From a virus: a DNA stretch of 64,000 nucleotides. Shown piece by piece: positions 44,695-53,222 of this stretch. The stretch is from the IMG/VR virus record IMGVR_UViG_3300007616_000002, positions 12,682 through 76,681 of that record; one strand, 5' to 3'. Positions within the stretch are counted from its first letter, which is position 1. Every line of letters starts with the position of its first letter. The notes beneath the pieces were generated by a model. The model was not told the origin of the DNA. It saw only the letters and a list, made by a program, of their open reading frames with translations, and did no database searches. Made by a program: the position numbers and the translations under genes.

Positions 44695-44970
44695 CTATTT
44701 ACCTGAGTTTCTGTACGCTTCGAGTGTGTCTGTTCCCCAGAGCCATGTAGCGGCCATGCCAACGACGAGGGCAACGAGAGCGAACCACTGTTGTGTAATC
44801 AGCGATAGGCTAAGAACACCTGCGGCTCCCAGACCGACGATGAGCATAAATCCAATGAGAACTGCTGTCGTGATAGCTGATGAAAGATATGTCCATCGTG
44901 TATCTGTATTTGTTGTTGTTGCGTCAAGGTCTATGCTTTCTTGGTCTTGCTTTTCACTTTCTGTGTCCAT
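44695..44970 (-). CDS. 2-TM holin-like protein
   Basis: Two TM helices, at the end of the tail operon. Confidence 0.55.
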   Translation of the reverse strand: MDTESEKQDQESIDLDATTTNTDTRWTYLSSAITTAVLIGFMLIVGLGAAGVLSLSLITQQWFALVALVVGMAATWLWGTDTLEAYRNSGK

Positions 44971-45063
44971 ATTTCTAACTACTGTATCCCTCCTTGATTG
45001 AGATACTCATCGCTCACGTAAGGTGGTAAGCAGAGTCCGCCTTTAAAAAGTCTCAGCGGTTAT

Positions 45064-45543
45064 TTACTTCGTCACGTTCGACATATTCTTGCTTTCATCT
45101 ATGTCAAACGTATTCTTTGCCCACTCTTTACCTTTCTGTGGGTTCCAGTCAACGCCGTTGTAATGGTCTCTGGGACGAACCCACGGATTCAACTCGTAGT
45201 GGGCCCAGACAGCTACACCATCTTCATGCGGCCAGAGACGGACGTGATACTGGTACTCTCCAAAGAACCCGTTCGGGACATACGCATAGCTTGCACGCTC
45301 ATAGACGCGCTCACCGTCCTGTGTCTCTCTCCACTTGAGTGCGGCGAGGTTCCGAGAGTAGACGTTCTCCATCGACTGAAGCTCTTCAACTACGTCTGCA
45401 ACGGTTCGGTCAACAATTACCCCTGTATAGGTTCGGTTTTGTCCCTTTTTGGAGAACATAATATCTTTTCCGAACCAAGATTCTTCATTTTGTTCAAATA
45501 TTGGTACTACAATCCGACGGAAGGTATTAAGGTCAGGGTACAT
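45064..45543 (-). CDS. Hypothetical protein
   Basis: QYHVRLW...AHYELNP..HY. Confidence 0.6.
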   Translation of the reverse strand: MYPDLNTFRRIVVPIFEQNEESWFGKDIMFSKKGQNRTYTGVIVDRTVADVVEELQSMENVYSRNLAALKWRETQDGERVYERASYAYVPNGFFGEYQYHVRLWPHEDGVAVWAHYELNPWVRPRDHYNGVDWNPQKGKEWAKNTFDIDESKNMSNVTK

Positions 45544-45547
45544 GCTT

Positions 45548-46240
45548 CTAAATTTGTACCCAACTACTTCCGTCCCAATATTGGACGTTAGATGGAATGT
45601 TCCCACTGCCGTATTTTACGACTTTTTCGTTCCAAGAAGAACCATCGTAGATTTTGGCAACAAATGCTACCTGTATAGACTGTTCTGATGAAGATGCTGA
45701 ACCTGCGGAATTATATACATTTACTCGGTAATAGTTCGCCTTTCCGAGAGTTGGGCTAGAATCAGTGTACGAGGTCGAATCAGCCGAAATATCTGCTATT
45801 TGTGATAGTGAGCCACTGCTTGTACCACGGTATATTTTAAATCCACTTTCATTATCAGAATTATCACTCCACGTAAGCTCAACAGAGGTTGCGTCAGGCG
45901 ATGAGAGTGATAAGTTAGATGGAGCAGATGGTGGTGCTTTATCAGTACTAACTGTTATTACACTTGAATCAGCCGATTTATGCTCAGTTTTGGCAGTGAC
46001 GTAGAAATCATACGTAGTGTCCGATGAAAGACTAGATACAGTATAAGATGTACTAGTTACATTTCCATCTTTAGTCCATGAAGAAGTTGATGATTCTCTA
46101 TAATATATATCATATGAATCAGCATCAGAAGAACCCCAATCTAAAACTACAGACGAAGAATCTTTTCCATCTTCGTGTAATGGGCCGGGAAAACTTAGGT
46201 CAGTAGTAACACTGACTTCGGTGGATAGGCTTTCAGTCAT
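45548..46240 (-). CDS. Fibronectin type III repeat protein (tail or adhesin)
   Basis: Two FN3 repeats (LDW..YDIYY, LTWSDNSDNESGFKIYR). Confidence 0.8.
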   Translation of the reverse strand: MTESLSTEVSVTTDLSFPGPLHEDGKDSSSVVLDWGSSDADSYDIYYRESSTSSWTKDGNVTSTSYTVSSLSSDTTYDFYVTAKTEHKSADSSVITVSTDKAPPSAPSNLSLSSPDATSVELTWSDNSDNESGFKIYRGTSSGSLSQIADISADSTSYTDSSPTLGKANYYRVNVYNSAGSASSSEQSIQVAFVAKIYDGSSWNEKVVKYGSGNIPSNVQYWDGSSWVQI

Positions 46241-47052
46241 TGGTCAGATGATGCTATTCTATAATAATATTTTTCTCCATTTGAAACTGTACTATCCGTG
46301 TAAGAGGTTGTATTTCCTTCAATAGAATCTATTTGAGTATAGTCACTTTGAGTTGAGCCAGAACTTTCTGAACGATATATATTGAATGAAGTAGCATATT
46401 CTGCATCCCAAGACAAATATGAGTCATTGTTGCTAAGAGAAGCACTAACATTTGTAGGTTCAGATGGTGGTACAGTTTGAGTTATATCGTCAATATAATA
46501 GACCATATCACCATTATAGCTGGAAGATTCTATATAAATACTGTCTAATGTAAGTTCTTTATTAATACTTCCCATTGAATCACTATTCCAAATCTCACCC
46601 GTATCTTTTTCAATAACTCTTGCATCTAAAGAGTATCCGTCATCTGGATAAAACTCAAATTCTATTCTATATTCTACGTTTTCAGTGAGGTTACTAAATC
46701 CGAGAGAATCATACATACTATCATACCAATAATGTACATCATCATCATCAATGGAAAATTCTAATTGATTATAATCCCCAAATACAAGTCGAAATTCGCC
46801 ACCATTTATCTTTGTAAAAAGTATATCAAAACTAACTATTCCGCCTGCACTGGTATCAGGATAATGGAACGAAGCTGAAGATTCACTGTAAAGGTTGGCA
46901 TCAGTAGATGATGTACAAGATACTTTTAGCTGTTGGCTTCCATCAAAATAACCCCAATTACCTGTTTCTATGTTAGCCCCTACATAGTAGTCATTAACAT
47001 CCCACCTATCAAGGCCGTTTTCAAAGTCTTCTATTATTTCTGTAATAGCCAT
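46237..47052 (-). CDS. Lectin-like plus FN3 domain protein
   Basis: IIEDFE N-terminus, C-terminal FN3 (LSWD..FNIYRS..YTD..YYYRI). Confidence 0.7.
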   Translation of the reverse strand: MAITEIIEDFENGLDRWDVNDYYVGANIETGNWGYFDGSQQLKVSCTSSTDANLYSESSASFHYPDTSAGGIVSFDILFTKINGGEFRLVFGDYNQLEFSIDDDDVHYWYDSMYDSLGFSNLTENVEYRIEFEFYPDDGYSLDARVIEKDTGEIWNSDSMGSINKELTLDSIYIESSSYNGDMVYYIDDITQTVPPSEPTNVSASLSNNDSYLSWDAEYATSFNIYRSESSGSTQSDYTQIDSIEGNTTSYTDSTVSNGEKYYYRIASSDQ

Positions 47053-47055
47053 AAT

Positions 47056-47736
47056 TTACGAAGTATCAATCCACACGTCGTTTGTACTTGGACTGCTCGG
47101 TGATGAAGACTGAACGAATATATTTGAGCCGTCTACACTATCAGCGTCAATTCCACCACCACTTCCTTCATCATTCTGTGTTAAAATGGGGCTTCCACCA
47201 GCAGTGGTACCGCTGTTCAGAGATGCTCCTGTAACAACATCGACCGATTCAGGAGCAACATCATGTGAAGATTTGTAGTGCTCATGTACAGCCTGTACTA
47301 GCTCCTCGTAGTTAGGACTCTCTCCAGTAAAGGAACCCTCATCTTCTCTTGCATACACTACATTAGAGTCTTCATTTTTCTCATGGACACACTGAGCACA
47401 GACTACTGTCTTTTGCTTACCATTGATTTTGTTGTACTCTACGTACCCGTAACATCCATCATATTCTCCATACTCAACTACTCCGATGTACAGCCCGTCT
47501 TTAGTTTTAATACTAACAACCGGGTCTACCAAGTCCCCAGAAACTTCACGGAGGACTGATTGAGCTTCCCATTCGTTAAGAGAGCATGTTTCTTTGATTA
47601 GCTCGACCGACTCCTGCTGTGTGAAAAGCTCTCCTTCATTTTCATGAAAGGCGTTTGCGGCATCCCGAACGTTCTGATACGTGAGTTTTCTCTCACTTTC
47701 AGATTGTTCAAGAATTTCTTTTGCGTTTTCTGACAT
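47056..47736 (-). CDS. Tail-fibre-associated protein
   Basis: GSGGGIDADSVDG repeat and P...DVWIDTS end. Confidence 0.6.
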   Translation of the reverse strand: MSENAKEILEQSESERKLTYQNVRDAANAFHENEGELFTQQESVELIKETCSLNEWEAQSVLREVSGDLVDPVVSIKTKDGLYIGVVEYGEYDGCYGYVEYNKINGKQKTVVCAQCVHEKNEDSNVVYAREDEGSFTGESPNYEELVQAVHEHYKSSHDVAPESVDVVTGASLNSGTTAGGSPILTQNDEGSGGGIDADSVDGSNIFVQSSSPSSPSTNDVWIDTS

Positions 47737-47744
47737 ACTAACTT

Positions 47745-47942
47745 TTACTCTTCAGTTTCTTCTGCAAGCTCTTTGGCTTCTTCCTGCTGTTCTCGCTGGC
47801 GCTCTACTTGACGGTATGTATCGTGTATAATCTCTTCAACCTCGTTGCGTAGCTGATTCTCGTACTGTTCTCCGAGCATTTCTGAAAGCTGTTCGTGTAG
47901 ACCCTCGTGAAGACTCGAAACGTTGACTTCAATTTTAGACAT
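47745..47942 (-). CDS. Small coiled-coil protein
   Basis: Own promoter motif near 47975-47988. Confidence 0.6.
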   Translation of the reverse strand: MSKIEVNVSSLHEGLHEQLSEMLGEQYENQLRNEVEEIIHDTYRQVERQREQQEEAKELAEETEE

Positions 47943-48012
47943 GGTTACGTAGTACTCTTGTTCTCTTTTTGAATCCGGTTACTTATAAATCTTTCGGTAG
48001 TGATTCTAACTA

Positions 48013-49584
48013 TTACAGTGCAGAACCCTCTACATATTCTCCTTCGATAGAGAGGTTTCCGTTTGTTCTGTCGAGGCTCATCCTATCTTCACCGTTCGAC
48101 TCGTCAGACCAAACCATCGAATCTGTATCTCCGTGATACCTCATTCCGAAGTAACTTCCTTCTCCGAGCTTAAGCAGAGCATCTTCCAAGTCGAGATTCA
48201 TCGACGGAGTTCCAGTGTCCGCTGTATCTGAACCCGGAGATATTTTCACAGTCCCGGAGCCGTCGTCAGGCCCTTCGAATGTGAAGTTGTTAGCCTTCCA
48301 AGTATCTGCTTTATCAGCACGAAGGAACTGTGTTACTTCAAGGCCTTCGAACAAATCAGCGTTTAGTCCTATCCACTCACTGCCGTTGTCGTACTTCACC
48401 CTGCCCGTATCCGAGGCGATAAACACACGGTTTTTCGTTCCTTGGCTCGGGAGATTACTCTCTGTGTTTGCTATTATTTCACTGGCATCTGAATCCGCTA
48501 TTTCCTCAAGGCTAGTCGTCTTGGTGTGATGGTCGTCAGTGTTTACGCCTGACAGTTGGCTGTGGGAAGTAACTCCGATGTTCTTCCATGAGCTACCGCT
48601 GTCATACTGTATTATTCCAGTGTTTGATGAAATGAATACAGTTCCGGATGAACCCGCTGATGGCCGATTGGACTCATTGTCAATGATAATATCTGACGCA
48701 TCTGAATCGTCAAGTTCATCCAGAGAGACGGTCTTTGAGTGGTGGGCGTCTGCTGTCCCTTCGTGTTGATTGAGTTCGGTCTGTGTAGCCGGGTCGAATC
48801 CGAGGTCGGAAGGTGAGATTTTAGACGCGTCGAGGGAGAGACGAATCCAAGAGTTTCCATCATCGTAGTAGACAGACTGTGTGTCTGTCTCGAAGAATAT
48901 CCTACCCTCTTTACTTGCTGTCGGTCGATTACTCGAACTGTCCTCTATAAGACCAGTTACACCATCAACGTCATCATCTCTGAGACTCTGTATTCCTGAG
49001 TACTTCCAGCCAGATTTAGTGTAGTACCAAAGACCCTGAGTGTCAGAGCTATCTCCGGTAATGTATATTATATTACCTTCACCACTTTCAGCCTTTCTAA
49101 CTTCACCGTATATTGGGATTCCAAGGTCGAGAAACGAGCGGAATCGACCGACTTCAATATCTGGATTCCTGTTCTTGAGCGATTGGCTGTTGCTAGAAGT
49201 ATCTATTTCACCAAGTAGAAGCTCATCAGAACTGGCATTAGCATCGTTGGTATAGACATTAATCAGCGGACTATCATTACTCCCAACATTCCCATCCAGA
49301 TATACATAATTTACTGTGCTTGAAGAAAGTGGAATTGTTTCACTTGGAACGTGAAGTGCATACAGCGCGTGTAGAACGCTCTCACCGTTTCCTTTACTGG
49401 ATTCATCTTTCAGGACAAACGCTTTTCCAGTCGTCACATCTGCTGTGAGATTGCTATAATCTACGTTCTGGAACTCCAATCCAGTTTCTACATAATCAGA
49501 CAGGTTTGAATGTCCGACGTGTGCCGCGAAGTCCTCTGCAAATCCTTTATCACCACTTTGTGGAAACGAATTTTGTGTAACCAT
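48013..49584 (-). CDS. Tail fibre protein
   Basis: Repeated RP.A..GR.F..DT...YD.G..W units, HH motifs. Confidence 0.75.
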   Translation of the reverse strand: MVTQNSFPQSGDKGFAEDFAAHVGHSNLSDYVETGLEFQNVDYSNLTADVTTGKAFVLKDESSKGNGESVLHALYALHVPSETIPLSSSTVNYVYLDGNVGSNDSPLINVYTNDANASSDELLLGEIDTSSNSQSLKNRNPDIEVGRFRSFLDLGIPIYGEVRKAESGEGNIIYITGDSSDTQGLWYYTKSGWKYSGIQSLRDDDVDGVTGLIEDSSSNRPTASKEGRIFFETDTQSVYYDDGNSWIRLSLDASKISPSDLGFDPATQTELNQHEGTADAHHSKTVSLDELDDSDASDIIIDNESNRPSAGSSGTVFISSNTGIIQYDSGSSWKNIGVTSHSQLSGVNTDDHHTKTTSLEEIADSDASEIIANTESNLPSQGTKNRVFIASDTGRVKYDNGSEWIGLNADLFEGLEVTQFLRADKADTWKANNFTFEGPDDGSGTVKISPGSDTADTGTPSMNLDLEDALLKLGEGSYFGMRYHGDTDSMVWSDESNGEDRMSLDRTNGNLSIEGEYVEGSAL

Positions 49585-49585
49585 T

Positions 49586-49972
49586 TTACTCTGTCACCGT
49601 AACCTTAAATTCAAACACTTTGTTGTCACCGCTGTCTATTGTAACTGCATTACCACGGACTTCTCTGTAGATTAGAGTTCCGTCCGAAGAAAACAGACCA
49701 AACTCTACAACATCAGAGCCTGCTGTCACTTCTGTTCCGCCAGTAATGGAAATGGTGCATCGTATTTCTCCGGTATTTGAGGTCGCCTCGATTGTGACAT
49801 TTCCACTTGATTTTGACTGCCGATACTGCTCGTTTGCAAGTTGTGTGTCAGACTTTTTCACCGAATCGTTTCCGGTTCCAACTGCAATAATATCTATATT
49901 TTCGTTATAACTCCCATCTACGGAGCGTGTAGTGAACCAGTCCTTTCCAACGTCTGTAATTGCGTGTGCCAT
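49586..49972 (-). CDS. Tail-collar or fibre-base protein
   Basis: ITDVG..IAVGTG..DTQLANE..EFGLF. Confidence 0.7.
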   Translation of the reverse strand: MAHAITDVGKDWFTTRSVDGSYNENIDIIAVGTGNDSVKKSDTQLANEQYRQSKSSGNVTIEATSNTGEIRCTISITGGTEVTAGSDVVEFGLFSSDGTLIYREVRGNAVTIDSGDNKVFEFKVTVTE

Positions 49973-49975
49973 AAA

Positions 49976-50641
49976 TTACTGCAATTTCCAGCTACCGTCG
50001 AGGGTAATCTCGTCTGTCCCGAGGCCAGATGCAGATGAGATGACCTTTGTCTCGGTTGCATCAATCTTTACATTTGCACCTTCAAGAGTTACCACCGGAG
50101 TACTCGATAGTTCTACACCTGATGGGTCCGCCAATTCTGCAACATCGTCTACAACACTGGATAGAAACCCAACATCTGTATCATCAATACGCACTCCGTA
50201 TTCGTTATTTTGAAAGTCTTCATCGATTATTACGTTTTCAGGGTCCGTCCCAACAGCAGAGCCGATTGCAAACTTGAGACCCGGTTTCGTGCCTCGGCCA
50301 CGGAATGATTGAACAATACCTTTGAGGTATGCTCTGTACTCCTCATCCGAGCGACCACGACGCTTTCCGAGTTCTCCGAACTTTGAGCCTATCTTTTCGA
50401 GGTCCGACGAATGTGCTTCATCAACGTGCCGGGATTGAAGTACGTAATCGAGGTCCGCATCGAACTTTTTTATTTCCGACTCATGTGCATTTATGAAATT
50501 GGCAAACACAGATGGATTGCCTTCTTCATCCTCCACTTTGAATATCTGGGGGAAGTAGTCGATAATCCGCTCATCGACAATTGGCTCATAGTCCCCGCTG
50601 TAAGAACTCCAGCCGTAATCGTCAGTTCCGTATTCAGGCAT
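49976..50641 (-). CDS. Baseplate wedge protein (gpI-like)
   Basis: DLEKIG..RRGRSDEEYR..RGT..GL. Confidence 0.72.
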   Translation of the reverse strand: MPEYGTDDYGWSSYSGDYEPIVDERIIDYFPQIFKVEDEEGNPSVFANFINAHESEIKKFDADLDYVLQSRHVDEAHSSDLEKIGSKFGELGKRRGRSDEEYRAYLKGIVQSFRGRGTKPGLKFAIGSAVGTDPENVIIDEDFQNNEYGVRIDDTDVGFLSSVVDDVAELADPSGVELSSTPVVTLEGANVKIDATETKVISSASGLGTDEITLDGSWKLQ

Positions 50642-50651
50642 TCTCTACTGT

Positions 50652-50996
50652 TTATTCCTGCTTTACCCACTCTGGCTCTGTGGTGTACTCTCCGACTTCC
50701 GGTGCCGGAAGGTCGGTTTCTGCTTGTCTCGGAATAGGAATTGAACCGTTAAGGCCGAGGTCGTACTCTCCATCGTCAGTTTCGATGTGCCCAGAGTCTG
50801 TGTGAAGCTGAATGAGATTTGAAATAAGTTGCCTCAACTCTTCCTGAACTTCTTCTTGCTCGTCAATAAGTGAGTTGGCAGTCGATGTGTTTACGTCTGC
50901 GTCCGAGAAGGCTTCTGCTTGGTCTGAGAGTTTGCTAATTTGATTCGACAACCTGTGCATATCGGAGGCTATCTGAGAAGCGTCTTGTTCTTGCAT
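50652..50996 (-). CDS. Hypothetical coiled-coil protein
   Basis: Own consensus promoter at 51027-51041. Confidence 0.6.
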   Translation of the reverse strand: MQEQDASQIASDMHRLSNQISKLSDQAEAFSDADVNTSTANSLIDEQEEVQEELRQLISNLIQLHTDSGHIETDDGEYDLGLNGSIPIPRQAETDLPAPEVGEYTTEPEWVKQE

Positions 50997-51049
50997 GAAA
51001 AGATTAAGGTTACTTGTGTTTTTAATCCGGTGGTACTTAAATCTTTTGG

Positions 51050-53201
51050 TCAGAGTGCCGCACCTTCCGAAAAGCTACCCTCGATTGAGAAGTCTCCGGA
51101 GTTGTGAGTTTTTGCCTGAACAGAACCATCTGTCACAAATGCTATTTCATCATTTCCAACAGATGAATGATAGCCACCACCTGAGTTCTATGTATGTGGA
51201 GTTTCCACCCTTTTCGTTCTGTGCTTCCACTATATTTGTGTACACTGCTGGAGCACCTATCCCCGTCCCAGCGTCAGTTGACGCTGAACCCGAAATTCCA
51301 TTAACATCAACTTGTGATGGTGATATATTTGATGAATTTATGGCAGAGCGTGCTTCCGAGTCTGTATATTTCGACATTGAAACATCACTGTATGATATAT
51401 TCGAAAGATGGACCCCATCAAGTGTATCTGCGTCTAGTCCGGAGCCAGAGCCTTGTTGAACTCTTGACTGCGGGATATGAGAGTTTGAAGTGTCCCAAAT
51501 TGTTGTTCCCGAATCAATAACATCTCCACCGACAATCAAGTCACTGGTGACATTGATAATTCCGCTCACATCAAGGGAGTAGTTCGGGGATTGATTATTG
51601 ATTCCTACATTATTACTCTGGTCCATGTATAAGGTAGTACTGGAAGTACTACCTGCCCAGAATCTAACGGGAACTGAATTATACCGGAGTGTATAGTGAC
51701 TTAGCGACCCTCCAGTAGAATCGGAGAATTTTATTGTGTCAGTTGTTCCAGTTTTATTAAAGTCTAGCGTTCCCTGCATTGAGTCACTTGAATCAGACCG
51801 GAGGAACTGACTCGAATCAAGCCCATCAAGTGTATCGGCATCTCCAGCAAGGGAAGCAGTCGCACTCAGTTGCTCAATTTCAAGGATGGACTCCTCAGAG
51901 CGTAGTGTGACAGTTCCCCCATCACCCATTTCAGTAGTTTGAACCTTGAGTGTGTCACCGGAACTGACTTCGATAGTCCGCATGACCATGTTCGAAGCTT
52001 CATTGTGTCCGGAGTTAGCTCGAATATACCCACTCAGACCAAATGTCTTCTTTCGTGTTCCATTTACATTGAGCTTGATACCGGGGTTAACTCTTGTGCC
52101 CGATGAATCATAGGCCAGAGAGACAGTCACACGGTAGGTTCCAGCCTCATTGAATGTGATGGTACCCGGAGAATTTGCTGAGTCGTGAGAGTACCCACCA
52201 TCGAGTGTATATTCGACGTTCCACGGAATTGTTACCCATGAAGTGGTGTTAATGTCCGTGGATGTATCAGATGACGATAGTTGGGCAATATTTTTCGATG
52301 TGCTAAGGTCACTAGCCTCGAACCCGTCAACCGTGTCTGCGTCAAGGCCAGACCCAGAGCCTTGAACGACATTGAAGTTATTCGACCCATCTTCAGACAG
52401 ATTGGAGCCGGCACTCGGTCGGGAGTGGTGGTCATTGCTCGTGACGTTTTGCAGGTCGGTGTGGGACACGTCAGTCTTTGAGAGCGACACATCACTCCAC
52501 GAGATATTGCCAAGCTCAACACCGTCGAGGGTGTCCGCATCCAGTCCAGAAGACTGAATCGATGAGGAGGGAATGTGACCAGCGGAGGAGTCCCAAATCG
52601 TTATATTTTCACTCGCCCCACTGCCGGATTTTATATCAGTCTCGATTCTGAGATTGCCGTCCTTGACTAAGGTTCCTCCGACAGCATCGAGGACGATGCT
52701 GTCAGGTCCGGAGCTAGAGGCAATTCCATCGTTTTCCGTTTTGAGGACGAGTGCGGATTTCTCACCAGTCCCATCACCGAAGTAGTCGTCGTGGAACTCG
52801 ATGAACCCTTGGTCAGAGCCGGAATTATTGTTCGACTGGAACGTAATTCCCGTAACCGACCCACCAGACGAATCTGGCTGGAAGTACAGGTCGTACCCGT
52901 TCATCGAGAGACGACTGTCTGCGCCTCCGAGGTCGGAAACACTCACATCTGACTGGGAGAGAGATACGTCACTCCAGTTGATATTCGAAAGCTCAACGCC
53001 GTCAAGGGTGTCTGAATCCAATCCAGAGCCGGACCCCTGCTGGACCGCACTCTGTGGAACGTGTCCGGCTGAGGCGTCCCACAGCGTCTGAGAGTTAGTA
53101 CTATCGGAAAGGTCGTTACCACTAACGTCGAGGGCACTGAGTAGCTCCCCTACGTCGATAGCGCGGAACTCTGCGTCTGTGTCTGAATCTCCAATAAACA
53201 T
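51050..53201 (-). CDS. Tail fibre protein with an apparent +1 frameshift near the 3' end (ORF as read stops at 51150)
   Basis: GSGSGLDADTLDG repeats; the +1 frame ends ..GDFSIEGSFSEGAAL*, matching the paralogue end GNLSIEGEYVEGSAL*. Confidence 0.72.
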
Positions 53202-53222
53202 AGTTTGTTACTCCTGTGTAAA

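Noticed and set aside
50995-51459. 154-aa plus-strand ORF in the tail module
   Set aside because: Antisense to the fibre gene and its frameshifted end; atypical composition
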